Part shown: positions 24,565 to 50,682 of the stretch, one piece after another | Numbering within the stretch: position 1 is the stretch's first letter | Layout: every line of letters starts with the position of its first letter | Assembly (NCBI GenBank): GCA_020137815.1 | Contig: CM035351.1 | Coordinates: 620,001-684,000 of the forward strand | Length of the DNA: 64,000 bases | From: Hormiphora californensis | Taxonomy: Eukaryota; Animalia; Ctenophora | Direction of reading: 5' to 3' | The notes under the pieces: generated by a model | The model's database searches: none | Told to the model about the DNA's origin: nothing | The model's input: only the letters and a program-made list of their open reading frames with translations | Position numbers and translations under genes: made by a program

Positions 24565-25502
24565 CCTTTAAGGGGTCTTAAACGAATCGAAGATCTAACC
24601 GGAGGATTGTGGTTGCGGGGAATGGGGTGAGATCCGGACATAGCTCCCGAGGTGCCCTTCTGTCCCGAACTCTGGGATGAACACATGGTGACTTATGCGG
24701 TTGGTTGTGTTTTAGGTTGCTTTGGAGGTAGGTCTGGGACATTCTTCGGTCACCCGGTGTAGGAGAATCATTTAGAGTTTAAGCTTCAAGACTCCAGAGA
24801 AGTCGATCCAGAGAGAGCCTCCCCCCCACTCGGTCCAGTATAGTGTGGGTTTAGAGATAACTTGACTGCAGACAGAGCCTCCCGGTCCCAGTATACGAGG
24901 TCCCTGTCATTGGGCCCTTAATTTTATAAGGTCTATAAAGAATATTATACGGGGGTAGGGGATGTCATATTATTCCACTTATAGGAAAAGGTCAATTAAA
25001 AAACGGCCAGCGTAGAGTTGGGGAAAAGAGGTTAGTAGCTTCATAGAAGAGTAGGAGTTTAGGGGTTTGAAGCTAAGGAGAGATTAGTGGCTTTAGGAGA
25101 GATAAGAGAGTTAGTAGTTGGAGCTAAGGAGAGGTTAGAGAGTTAGTAGTTGAAGCTAAGGAGAGGTTAGAGAGTTAGTAGTTGAAGAAGAGGTATAGTG
25201 TCATTGTTTGGAGCCCCTACTATACGTAATGCACAGTATTGGTAGGGAGAGAGATAGAGGTAGATACAGTACTGCTTCACTACTAACAGGTGGCAACAGG
25301 TGATCTATAAATACACATAGCAGATGCTCTTTTGCCCTTGACACTAACGGCCAAACGAGCTTATACCGCCGAGTGCTGTAATCTCTGTGGTGGTGTGAGA
25401 ATTATGCGGCAAGAGGGATCATAAAGTGGAAATATGTGATCAGGGATCCTAGTTAGGGAATAGGGGAAATACATGGAGAGAGAGGGGGAGAGAGATGGAG
25501 AG

Positions 25503-25587
<85 letters not shown>

Positions 25588-26351
25588 TAGAGAGGTAGAT
25601 TATATATGATATGACTAGATGAGACCACCCGCATCGCTAGACAAGAACGGAGTTCAACCATTTCATTCCCCTCTTGCGTAGCGGCATTAACAACGCGACG
25701 ATTAAGAATACGGAGCTCCGAGGAATCAAATTGAATTCGGTAACTTGCCTTCCCGCAACCAGTCGCAACAGTCGAGGAACCACCTGATCTCACATGACAT
25801 ATGACATACCTGGTAGTTGTGGTTCCTGCTGCAGGAGCGACCCTGTGCTTGCTCATGTTGGATTGGCAGTGGAATGTGAGATGAAGATTTCCTCATAGTC
25901 TTCAGATCCCAACTTCAGGTGCTACCTTCCACACTCTCCGTGATGTGATCCAAGATGTGCTCACCTCTCAGTTGGGAAGGGGTTCACACGATCTGATCGG
26001 GATATAGGAACCTGATCTCCTGGGGCTGCTACACGATCTGATGACCGGGACACCTGATCTCCTCCAGGGGCTGCTACCTCTCCCCCAGGGGTTGCTACCT
26101 CTCCCCCAGGGGTTGCTACCACTAGGACTCCGTACACTGGTCTGAAAAGGAACATGTTGTGATGATGGGAAGAAAAGGAACAAGTTGTGATAGGAAGATG
26201 GGAAGAACTAAGATAGAGAATCATCTGCATATTTGGTCTGATCTTTACAAAAAGTAAATTTGAGAAGATTTCATGTTGCTACACGTACACACACAAGACA
26301 AACTTACTCCATTTTCAAGCAAGACGACTGGTAACATGATATACATTAGTT

Positions 26352-26439
<88 letters not shown>

Positions 26440-27017
26440 CTCTCTCACATACTCTCTCTTTCTCTTCCTCCCCTTCTTTCTCTCCAATGATAAGACATAG
26501 GTTTGAGAATTTGAACATGCAGGACACCCACGGCGGGGACCTTCAAGGAAACAAAGTGGACATGAAACACTTCCTGAGAATTATACGTACAGTGGAACCC
26601 CCATTTAACGGACCCCTGTTATACCGGACTATTTGACTTCCCCTGAGCAGCTTGGCAAAACCTCTCACATTCTGCTAGTTCGGACCACAAGATTCAGGTA
26701 TGTAAATTAGTTAACTTCAGATCTGGTTACTTGTTGGGGGAGTGACCACCACTGGTAAAAGTCTTCATGCCCTGTGCGGTGCTGTGTTATTCTAATACTG
26801 ATTGTGGCGACACATGTAGTTTGTAATGATTAGAGAGGCATAGAGGGTGTGGAGTGGTGAAATCCTTGTTTTCTTGTTCTCTCATTCCCTCGTGTGTCAA
26901 TTACAATTTCCAGTTTTATTTGAAATTGTTTGTAAGTTAGGTGTAATATCTTTTTAGTGTGTTGAATTGCAAGACCGTTGTGCACATGTGAGGGGGTCAA
27001 TCATCAATCTACCTTCA

Positions 27018-30000
27018 ATGGTAAGACTTTGATTCATTCTATTCATTCCTGTTTACACGTTCATCCGGTGTCTACCCCGACACATGCCACACACAGATCT
27101 TGGTAGTTGCTTGTATACAATTGTACAACTATACAGTGCTAACCCCTCAATACACAGCCTGTATAACACACAGCTTTACAAAGTACAAGGTCCCCCTGGA
27201 TCCCACAGCTCTACTAAGTGGTACTACACAGTGGTACAGTGGTACTACACAGTGGGAACACAGTGGTACCCCCTGGATATCAAGCTGTAAACTGTAAAGA
27301 ACACCCACACATACACCTCTCATGATTCCAGAGAACTATTGCACGTCATATACATTGTACTTCCATTGATTCCATTGATTGATCCAACCTCTCACTCCTT
27401 TCAGCTTGCGTGGATACTGTTATTGGCTACAGGAGCACTTCTCCAATCAGTTTCCTGTCTGCGGTTATCTAAAAATGTGATCCCCTCCCACCAACACCTC
27501 CATCTCAAGTTCGATCTTGACACATGGAAGTATGAGGGTGAAACTACCATTGATATAGACATACTGAAAGATCGGAGGAATGTGTGGTTGTTCTGTGCTA
27601 AGTATATCAAGGTTACTGGTATACTACTGGCAAGTGAGAAGGGAGAGAAAGTGGCAGTTAAACGGGCCATTATGGACCACAAGAAGAAGGTGCTGCTTCT
27701 GGAACCTTCCACAAAGAAGATCAAGAAAGGTAAGGAGATCAAAATAGGCAGCGAGGGAGATCAAAATAGGAAGAGGGGGAGGTCAAGCAAGGTTACAGGC
27801 AGAGTGGGTGCTGGGAGACCAAAAAAGGGTAAAAATAGAGATAAAATTAAGGTAGGGGTACAGAGAGATAAAATTACTGACAGGTTTGAGAGACGAAGTT
27901 CAACTCCCCCAACCACGCAAATGGGTTGACAGGTACCTACTACTGACGCGCTAAGAGACTAAAATTAGAACATATTTTAATATTAATACTATATTCCAGG
28001 GAAATATAAGTTGAGAATATTAATACTATATTCCAGGGAAATATAAGTTGAGAATAACCTTCAATTCGATGGTGAGACAAGCCTTACAAGGAATGCTAAG
28101 AACCAAATCAATAGATGAGAACGGGAACACCATCAAAATGGTTTCAACTCACTTTGAACCAGACAAAGCAAGGGAGGCTTTCCCGTGTTTTGACGAACCT
28201 GAACTGAGAGTGAAGTATGTATGGCGAACATTGTATGTTGTATTGTACATTGTATTGTACATTGTATTGTACATTGTATGAAGTATGTCTGCGACACATT
28301 GTATAATGAACAAGCTGCAAGCTGCAAACACCATACCCTATCATGTCTACTAGCAAACAATACTTCTAGATTCTAGGGTTCGTTCTCTGGACCCCCCCCC
28401 CACTCTGGGCTTAACTTTGTTCCTCTCTCCCTCCCTCTCCTCAGGATAACACTGGTAGTGGAGCACCCATCGACACACCGGGTTAACAGTGCGGCACCCG
28501 TTGCTAAGACAACCAAACTCAGCAAGACGGTTACCTAGGACGGAGTTCAAGGAGACGAAACTGATGAGTATCTACTTGATTGCTATCAATATCCACGGGA
28601 TGGATGAGGTATGTTATACTGACAAGGATCCAGAACAATTTAGCTGTGATAGATTTCATGGTGGGGGGGGGGGGTGATGCCATGATGGGGCGGGGGTTTC
28701 GTCGGGGCGTTGCAGGGGACACCAGCAAAACTAGGCCACAGATGAGGTGTATATTAGAATCGATATAACTACATCAAGATTCCTCCTGATTGGTCGAATC
28801 TTTCAACTCTACAGCTACTACGGAAATAGAACAGCAGCTACCTTTTAATAGACATCATATATTCGGGGGGGGGGGGGGGGGGGGGTTTGGGTTCTCTTTA
28901 AAATTTCTCTCCCTCTCTCTGCCGATGACTGAATGAACCGGTATTTAGTGTCGTGCAATGCCCCCCCCCCCTACTCAACAAGTAGGCAGAGGAAGTTACA
29001 CGACAGGGAGGGGGGAAGTTACTAGACAGGGAGGGGGGGAAGTTACTAGACAGGGAGGGGGAAGTTACAAGACAGGGAGGGGGGAAGTTACAAGACAGGG
29101 AGGGGGAAGTTACAAGACAGGGAGGGGGGAAGTTACAAGGCAGGGAGGGAAGTTACAAGACAGGGAGGGAAGTTACAAGACAGGGAGGGGGAAGTTACAA
29201 GACAGGGAGGGGGGAAGTTACAAGACAGGGAGGGGGGAAGTTACAAGACAGGGCGGGGAAGTTACAAGACAGGGAGGGGAAGTTACAAGACAGGGATGGG
29301 GGAAGTTACTAGACAGGGCGGGGGAAGTTACAAGACAGGGAGGGGGGAAGTTACTAGAAAGGGATGGGAAGTTACAAGACAGGGATGGGAAGTTACAAGA
29401 CAGGGAGGGGAAGTTACAAGACAGGGAGGGAAGTTACAAGACAGGGAGGGGGAAGTTACTAGACAGGGATGGGAAGTTACAAGACAGGGAGGGGGGAAGT
29501 TACAAGACAGGGCGGGGAAGTTACAAGACAGGGAGGGGAAGTTACAAGACAGGGATGGGGGAAGTTACTAGACAGGGCGGGGGAAGTTACAAGACAGGGA
29601 GGGGAAGTTACAAGACAGGGAGGGGGAAGTTACAAGACAGGGAGGGGGGAAGTTACAAGACAGGGAGGGGGGAAGTTACAAGACAGGGAGGGGGGAAGTT
29701 ACAAGACAGGGAGGGGAAGTTACAAGACAGGGAGGGGAAGTTACAAGACAGGGAGGGGAAGTTACAAGACAGGGCGGGGGGGAAGTTACAAGACAGGGAG
29801 GGGGGAAGTTACAAGACAGGGCGGGGAAGTTACAAGACAGGGCGGGGAAGTTACAAGACAGGGCGGGAAGTTACAAGACAGGGAGGGAAGTTACAAGACA
29901 GGGAGGGAAGTTACAAGACAGGGAGGGGGGAAGTTACAAGACAGGGAGGGGGGAAGTTACAAGACAGAGAGGGGGAAGTTACAAGACAGGGAGGGGAAGT

Positions 30001-33000
30001 TACAAGACAGGGCGGGGAAGTTACAAGACAGGGAGGAGGGAAGTTACAAGACAGGGCGGGGAAGTTACAAGACAGGGAGGGGGGAAGTTACACGACAGGG
30101 AGGGGGGAAGTTACAAGACAGGGAGTGGAAGTTACAAGACAGGGAGGGGGGAAGTTACAAGACAGGGAGGGGGGAAGTTACAAGACAGGGAGGGGGGAAG
30201 TTACAAGACAGGGCGGGGAAGTTACAAGACAGGGCGGGGAAGTTACAAGACAGGGAGGGGGGAAGTTACAAGACAGGGAGGGGGAAGTTAAAAGACAGGG
30301 AGGGGGGAAGTTACAAAGCAGGGATCCCTCGAGGGGAAGTTACTAGACAGCCAATAAATAAATGGAGGGTGGTTAAACTAGTTACTATAGTTAGTCTGTT
30401 AGTAAGAAGGATTCAAGAAGGAATAAAAAGAGAATTTAATTGCATTTCAAAAATCTTTCAGAACATAATTTCTTTGTACTATCAATTTCTTTGTCCCACC
30501 CTCAGGTATCGATGAAGTCTACACGGGGTGTCCCCATTACGGTGCTGACCCCACCACAGTATAAAACACAAGCCAAGAAGACAGCTGAAACTATAGCCCA
30601 TGCAGTTGATTTCTTTGAGGTGTACCTCGATAGCCCTTATCCGTTTGAGAAGCTGGATGTTATGGGCATTTATGATTTTAATGCGGGGGGAATGGAGAAC
30701 ATTGGAATGATTCACACCTTGGTAAGTGGTATTAAGTGGTGCAACACACCCTCCCAATCCCCTACAATTACAGTCGGACCCCGATTTACCGGGGTGCTCA
30801 GGGGGGGGGGGAGTGCTCAGGGGAAAGGGTTTAAGGTTTTGTCCGGTAAATCGGGGTGAAATACGGTTAATTTCCTATATTAGGGGAGATTTATCCTTCC
30901 GGTAAATCGGGGTTCGACTGTACCACAATCTGACACCACACTTGATTTGATTGAGGTGGCCATCAGTATCAGAATATATTCTAAGGATAGCAATAGGTAT
31001 AATTAGGCTTCCGAAATGGGAGCTTGCATGGCTCTAGCTACTGTACATCTTCTGCTACTATACATAAACCCTCTTCCCCTCTCTCCAGTATGACTGTGCC
31101 TATGCGGACCTCAACTCCATAACAGCTGGTGTGTTCCTCTACTGTATGGAAGTCCTAGTCCACGAAGTCTCACACATGTGGTTTGGGAACCTGGTGTCCC
31201 TCAAATGGTGGGACGATCTCTGGTTGAAGGAGGGATTCGCCCGTTATATCACCCTCTACGCGGTGGACAAGATGAGAGAACAACTGAAGGTGCCTGTTGA
31301 TGTCAACCTGATGAGACTTGCCAAGAGAGGGTACATTGGGGCCTTTGAGGAAGACAAAGAGAAGTTTACTAAACCTGTGAGGAGGAAGTTGGAGAACTCT
31401 TTTGATGCAGCAGCCATGTTCAACTCTCTCTCCTACAGCAAGGGGGGATGGATACTAAGAGGTAATAACTCATCAAGTGATTGGCCCCGTGCACGTAGGG
31501 TCCCATAATAACGGGGTTCACGCCCATGGCAACCGCTGGTACCAAATCAATCTCAGAACACAGAAAACAACTTCTAGAATCTCATAACTTTCAGTGGAAG
31601 TCATTTGGCTCTCTTGACACTTCTTGACAACCAATATAAATACAATATAAATCTCCCTTCCAGCGGCAATGAAGTTAATGGGCGAGGACAAGTTTCAAAA
31701 GGGTCTTCAAACATACTTCAAGAGATTCGCCTGGAAATCTGCCAACTTTAACGACTTCACCGCGTGTTTTAACAATGTCAATGGGGACGTTAGTATGAGG
31801 CAGTTTATGGAGAACTGGTTGAATGAACCAGGACTCCCCCAAGTAACGACAACTCTAGTAAGTTGAGTAATATAGCTCCCCCCTCTCCTCTCCAGACAAA
31901 TCTTGACAATGTAACCACCCGAATCGCGACGCTGCACTGACTGTAGGGGTGCATCGAGTAACGTGGTTACTATGCGTGGTTACTATGGTAACTACATGGT
32001 TACCTAGATCCCCCCACCAATTTAGAAAGGAACGGAGTTGTCTCTAGTTCAAGCTCGGTATACCCCGGAGGGAGATCACGTGACTGACCAGGTGTGGTTC
32101 ATTCCTCTGAGGATCGTATCTGACGAAGAGACAACCAAGAATTACAAGGTAACCATAGCAAAGGGGTGTTAACCATAGCAACGGGGTGGTAACCAATCAC
32201 TTTCAATTATGGCGAAATTCATGACGTATCACTTTAACAGCCTAGTAGAGTGACACATTGCAACACACCCCCCTCCCTCTCCTAGTTGTGGAAGAGTAAA
32301 AAGGGAGTGCACACCTTTGCAGAGCCTCCCTCCTGGTTTCACCTGGATCCTGAATACGCTGGGTTCGTACTCCACAACTATCCAGAGGAGACCATGATGG
32401 CCATCGCGAAACAGCTCAGAGAGGATCACACCAAGTTCCAGACATCTCAACGATACTGTGAGTCTTTTAGAAACCTCTTTATGCTTCCCCCTCTCAAGTC
32501 CACCATTCTTGATCACTGCATTCGTTGCATTGTAAGGATTTGTTTCTCCTCAAATTTATTCCCCCTTTCAATATGATAGGTATGTTATGCAATTCTCATT
32601 TCTCAATTATAACTCCATCCCTCGCCAACTCTCTAATAACTCTCTACTAACTCCCTCCCTTCTCCCTTACAGTGTACTTTGAGAACTTGATGGAGCGGAT
32701 GAACACTAACGATGTCTCCTCAACAGTATTCCTAGAGACATCCCGATACCTATCCTCGGAGACAAACTCCCAAGTGGTCCTGGCCTGGGCAAGACAGCTC
32801 CTAGGGTTCAAGAACTCTCTCTTCATGGCTGAGAACATGTACCTATTCGATAAGTACATGCACAAGCTGCTGAAACCTCACATTGAGAAGACAATGAAGA
32901 GGGAGATCGAGGAAACAAAGGAGTGGAATTTGGCGTTATTCTACCAGACCATGTTTTACTTTGGGGTGAAGTGGAGACATGAAGCAGCGCTGGTGAGGGG

Positions 33001-33610
33001 CAGAGAGAATGTGAAGAGATTCCTCCGAGGGAAACATGTGAATGTTATCTACCTCTCATTTGGGTTGCGTCACCACAAGGCGCTGGTTAAGAACAGCTGG
33101 ATGAAGTTACTAAAAACACTGAACACCTACCCCAGGAGTCACATAGAGTTCGCCCTTATTATAGGACATCTCTGTAAGACACGGAATGTAAAACAGCAGC
33201 GGTACATCCTAAACTACTCGTTAAAATGCAACAAGATGCCTCGGAGTCACAAAAAGAAGGTCCTGTGCAGGGTATCAGCAAGGAACCCTCAACTAGGGTG
33301 GGCCTTCTTCAAGAAACATTACCACACATACTTTGCACTGTTTGGAGAGGCTCAGTTCACATTTGATGATCTGGTTGAGTGCGTTACTGGTAATCTGTCT
33401 TCCCAGAAGGAGTACAATGACGTCAGGGACTTCTTTAAGAAACACCCCGTGGGGAGTGGAGCTGCAGGGTTGAAGCGGGGTCTACACTCCATCAGTCAGA
33501 ATGTGAGCAACAGGTCAGGGAACGGGTCTACACATAGGAAGGTGGACTATGATGAGGTCTTTACACAGTTCCTGGATACCTTGGATGATAAGGAACTGGC
33601 TAAGAGGTGA
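27018..33610 (+). CDS. Secreted M1-family zinc aminopeptidase (aminopeptidase N/A-like), about 10 exons
   Basis: A putative 3-nt first exon ATG|GTAAG at 27018 splices to LAWILLLATGALLQSVSC (signal peptide). Motifs: STHFEPDKAREAFPCFDEP, KLMSIYLIA, YPFEKLD...GGMEN, HEVSHMWFGNLV...WLKEGFA (HExxH-x18-E), SYSKG, and an ERAP1_C-like last exon at 32673-33610. One apparent +1 frameshift at about 28535. Confidence 0.9.
28990..30350. repeat. Intronic G-rich minisatellite, unit GAAGTTACAAGACAGGGAGG(G)n of about 20-23 bp, roughly 60 copies
   Basis: Direct inspection. It lies between aminopeptidase exons ending at about 28607 and starting at about 30506. Confidence 0.95.
30771..30920. mobile_element. Tc1/mariner-type MITE (TA TSD), intronic
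   Basis: TA|CAGTCGGACCCCGATTTACCGG...CCGGTAAATCGGGGTTCGACTG|TA. Confidence 0.8.
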
Positions 33611-33929
33611 TTTCTATCAGAGATATAATAAGGACTTGATTGAGGAATGAGGGGAGATGTATGATAAATGTCAGGTGCAAATTATTGGGGGACATTATTG
33701 AATGAGAGAGTTAGAATGAAATGGAGGATGCCTCTAATATTGAATATTGTGTCAGTTTATACAGTTATATTTACTGCGACTTAATAATGCCTTTTCAGGA
33801 CATTGTCAACTTTGAAAATCCGCTAACCATCATGTCCATTAAAATGACAAATCTTGGGATTCCCTTGGTATATTATATTGAATTTTATATGACCAAACTG
33901 TAAAGAGTGTAACAGACAAGCTAGGCGAT

Positions 33930-34220
<291 letters not shown>

Positions 34221-34495
34221 AACTGATCTCCCATCGCAGGACAGCCATTAAATCATTTGTCTTAAACACACTCACCATTTTGCCAAACGATCTGTTCTTT
34301 CTCCTGGATCCTTAGCTTCTTTTTCTACTTCTGATCCTGGGTCCTTAGCTTCTTTTTCTACTTCTGATCAGCTGGGTCCTTCTTATTCCTGAGTTGTTTT
34401 AGATTTAATACACCTGGGTCCTTAGCGTCTTTTTTAGCGTCCTTCTCCCGGGTCCTTCTTTTTTCCTGGGTCCTTCTTTTTCAGATTAGTTTTAA

Positions 34496-37400
34496 GGGTA
34501 CACCTGGCGTTTTTCATCATCGAGTGCCCAACCAAATGACTTCACCAGGGTTTAGGCCATACAAAATGGACCTCAAATATGCAATTTTAGCCCTAAAGTC
34601 GAATTCATATTTTTGCTACAGCCTATTTTCAAAGTGGCGTTTTTTCAATTTTTGTTGAAATTTTTAACCTCAGGACCACTTTTTTTGAGATAGAAACATT
34701 AAATTCTTGGAATTTGAAGAGAATATAAAGGTGAATAAGCCCAAAGAAGGATTTTTGAAATGGAGCTTATTTCTGGCCATGAGAACGGTTTACTTTTTTG
34801 CTTCTTTGACACGCTGGCTGAGAATGTTCCCATGCTTCATTAGAGATGAAAATCTGGAAATAGTTGCTCAAAACGATTATCTATGTGGCCCAAAAATTTT
34901 GGAACTTTCCCGCCAAAGATGTAGTGTACAGAGCTTTTTTTGTGAAACCTGTCTTTTTGAAAAAGAGGGAAATTCCCTGTATCTCAAAAACGGATGATCA
35001 TAGAGACCTGGGACCAAGCTTAATCGATTCAGAAGGTTCGATTTTGGGGGGGTCTTCTGAGAGACATTTTGCTCCTACTCCAACCGATTTTGCTGTAATT
35101 GCAAAAAACTAATTCTATGAAAAGGGGAAACAACTCTATTTAGGTGCCGGCAGGCACCTCCGACCCGAAGAAAACAGCAAAAAACGAAAAAAAGAAAAAA
35201 AATTTTTTGCCCCTGCACAAAAACCCAAAAATGCCGGCCCTATTAAGAACAAAGAAAGGTCTTTTTTTTGGGGGGGGGGGGGGCAAAAAACATGTCAACG
35301 ATTGTGGCCACACCGTTTGAGATATCGACTTGAAATTTTGTAGGCATGTTCTTGTAGTATTCCTTTGTGTCATGACGTTGGCGGATTTTTGAATTTTTAA
35401 TTAATTAATTAATTATAGGTAATTAAAAACGGTGCAAGGGCACCGTGCCCCTGCACATTGCGTGTTATGTCCCTTGCACCGCGCCCTTGCACCAAATTCT
35501 ATTTTCCGTTCTGCTTAAAATATCGACTTGAAACTTTGTAGGAATGTTCTTCAATCATAAAAGATGATGTTCAAAAAGTGGGAATAGTCAAAATTAATTA
35601 ATTAGTTAGTTAGAGCCGTGCAAAAAATGGAATTTGGTGCAAGGGCAGGCAATGTGCAAGGGCAAATGGTGCAAGGGCAGCCCTTGCACCAATTTTATGA
35701 TCGAACTGTGTCCACACCGTTTAATATTTTGACACGAAACTTTCTATGCATGTTCTAGTAGCATAACTACGAGTACTAGAAGAGCCGTATGATTAATATA
35801 TCAATTAGGTAATTAATTATAGGCAAATTAATTAAAATTTGCCCCTGCACAATTTGTGCAAATTTCCCCTGAACATGTAGTAGAGTCGATAACTACATCG
35901 ACCTCTCCCAATTGTTCCAGTTTTTGTCACATCTGTTTGGAGCCTCGACACGACCTCTAAACAGGTGTTACTTTTTCACAAACTGTTTTCATCTTGGTGT
36001 AATCAGCATTTGAAATGTTGCTGATCATAACAAAAACCTAACTAGTTTTTTTCAACTTGGGGTAAAACCATGGGTGTCAAAAGTTAGCTCTAGGTCCCCT
36101 GAGTAACCATCCGGAGACTCTAAGAGATATTTCAAGCCGTTCTCCCGTAATCATTAATCCCGGTGGAGAAAAAAATACAATGCGGACGTACGTGAGCGCT
36201 GGCAGGCTGTTTACATGTTATTGTATGTCTCTCACTCTCTCTGGAAAAACCGCACGTGCGGTTGCGCCGCGCGAGATAACTCTTTCTCAAGGGGGAGAAA
36301 AGAGAGAGACGCACATTAACGTTATACATTAAAGTTGAGGTTGTAGGCAATTGCACGTACGTCCATACTCAAATATGTGCTCTACCGGGATTAATGATTA
36401 CAGGAGAACGGTTTGAAATATCTCTTAGAGTCTCCGGATGGTTACTCAGGGGACCTAGAGCTAACTTTTGACACCCATGGTTTTACCCCAAGTTGAAAAA
36501 AAATAGTTAGGTTTTTGTTATGATCAGCAACATTTCAAATGCTGATTACACCAAGATGAAAACAGTTTGTGAAAAAGTAACACCTGTTTAGAGGTCGTGT
36601 CGAGGCTCCAAACAGATGTGACAAAAACTGGAACAATTGGGAGAGGTCGATGTAGTTATCGACTCTACTAATGTGCCCTTGCACCATTTTGTTTGCCCAT
36701 GCACTAAATTATATTTTCCGTTCTGCTTAAAATATCGACTTGAAACTTTCTAGGAATGTTCTTCATGCATAAAACATATAATATAATCTACAGAAAGTGG
36801 GAATAGTCAAAATTAATTAATTAATTACTTAGAGATTAATTTTGGGGTGGCCCCTGCAAAATTTTGGCAAATTTGATATTCAAACTTTGAGCCTTTGTGA
36901 AAGTAATGAAAATTATTTATTTCAGGTTATGATGAACAATAAGCTATAAAAACGCCCCTTTTTGTTACACAAGCCTGTGCTTGGTATCGAAGACACCTCA
37001 CACTCTGTCGCCGGGCGACCTTCGCGTGCACACGCTGGCAAGGGGTAACTTCGTAACCAAAGCCTGTGCATTGTGCATAATGAAATGGATAAATTTTCAT
37101 CCAGTTGCTGGCGATAGAACTCGATAGAGTTCGATTGATTTACCATGACAACGGAGTTGGTTACCATACTAACCAGAGAATTCGTTGTAAAATAGTCCTT
37201 TCTTGCTATAAACTCGGCCTTTAGAGAGAAAATTGATTTTATTCTACTCGCACTAATGCAAGGGCATTTCACAGTTTGGTGCCGTTATTTTTGTCTCTAT
37301 TTTTAATAGGATTTTGGGATTAGACTGAAAGTATGGGATCATTTGAGAAGTAGTGAAGATTTGAAAATGTTAGCAACTTGCCGGTTCGACAAACTAAACC

Positions 37401-38118
37401 CATATGATTCCAACTTCGGGTCGGACGAGGGGAAGCTTGCCTTTTGCGAACATTCCAGTAGCCTGCTTCGGGCTGATTTCCCCCTTACTTGCTGATACCT
37501 TTTTCGCAATTACAGCAAAAACGGTTGGAGTAGGAGCAAAATGTCTCTCGAGATCAGAAGACCCCCCCAAAATCGGACCTTCTGAATCGATTAAGCTTGG
37601 TCCCAGGTCTCTACGATCATCCGTTTTTGAGATACAGGGAATTTCCCTCTTTTTCAAAAAGACAGGTTTCACAAAAAAAGCTCTGTACACCACATCTTTG
37701 GCGGGAAAGTTCCAAAATTTTTGGGCCACATAGATAATCGTTTTGAGCAACTATTTCCAGATTTTCATCTCTAATGAAGCATGGGAACATTCTCAGCCAG
37801 CGTGTCAAAGAAGCAAAAAAGTAAACCGTTCTCATGGCCAGAAATAAGCTCCATTTCAAAAATCCTTCTTTGGGCTTATTCACCTTTATATTCTCTTCAA
37901 ATTCCAAGAATTTAATGTTTCTATCTCAAAAAAAGTGGTCCTGAGGTTAAAAATTTCAACAAAAATTGAAAAAACGCCACTTTGAAAATAGGCTGTAGCA
38001 AAAATATGAATTCGACTTTAGGGCTAAAATTGCATATTTGAGGTCCATTTTGTATGGCCTAAACCCTGGTGAAGTCATTTGGTTGGGCACTCGATGATGA
38101 AAAACGCCAGGTGTACCC
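34496..38118. mobile_element. Non-autonomous TIR element with TTAA TSD and GG termini (Kolobok-like), TIRs of about 600 bp
   Basis: TTAA|GGGTACACCTGGCGTTTTTCATC...GATGAAAAACGCCAGGTGTACCC|TTAA. 34496-35106 mirrors about 37500-38118. Purine termini with TTAA fit Kolobok rather than piggyBac. Confidence 0.75.
35878..36670. mobile_element. Nested palindromic MITE with TAG termini and 3-bp TSD ATG (Academ-like)
   Basis: ATG|TAGTAGAGTCGATAACTACATCG...CGATGTAGTTATCGACTCTACTA|ATG, with arms of about 290 bp. Confidence 0.65.
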
Positions 38119-38452
38119 TTAATACACCTGGTTCACACATAGCTAGAGGAAAGGGGTGGAGTTTTAGACTCTATATTATGTCGAATTCGATATTGAATAT
38201 AGTCCAATCTCTATTATAAGACAGAGTTAAAATTGTTAGAATTTAAATAATCTGTTAAAAACATAAGAAAATTAAAAAGAAATCCAGCGAGCAACGTCCT
38301 GTCTATTCCATCCATTAAACTAATACTACGCTAATTTAGTACACTTATTTTACCCAAAAGGTCGCATCTGTTCAAAGTTCCTTCTTACCCTCCATCAGAA
38401 TTTCATCCACCATCTCAATATGCCCCCTTTCTGCCTGTGCACAACCATATAG

Positions 38453-50250
<11,798 letters not shown>

Positions 50251-50682
50251 GACACGCACGTGCTATATAATGAGAGAAATTTGTTAGAGGACAGGGGATA
50301 ATGAGACCGTTTTGTTTGGTGGCAGGGGATAATGAGACCGCTGGATGACACTGGAGGACAGCACAGGAAAAACACACTTCTTGGATAACATGCAAAGGTC
50401 AGTATAAAATAGTGTACATTTAAATATCTGTCTGGTAATATCAAAATAAAATAAATAAAATGTATGTACAATGTTTACATGCTCTACTCCCTTGCTCCAC
50501 CCTCTCTTACCGCGCCATACCAACTACAACACCTTTCTTGCTCCACCCTCTCTCAACTACACTTCATCAGGTGTCAACTGTTGTCTACCCCTCGTGTTTG
50601 TCCCAGAAAGTCAGAACGAACAGTTCAACTCCTTGCAGACCCTTTCTTGTAAAGGAGGGTTAGTGCAACCCCGTGCAGAGAT

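Noticed and set aside
24565-26530. Short ORFs and a 21-bp repeat after the gap
   Set aside because: No recognisable domain or consistent exon chain, and several ORFs are microsatellite-derived.
28958-30515. 462-aa and 348-aa repetitive ORFs
   Set aside because: Unit length varies (not a multiple of 3) and the array lies in an aminopeptidase intron. The frames are open only because the unit lacks stops.
34707-37907. Mirror-image ORF pairs in TIRs (also 14075/21466 and 43875-44978)
   Set aside because: They arise from inverted repeats and show no transposase motifs.
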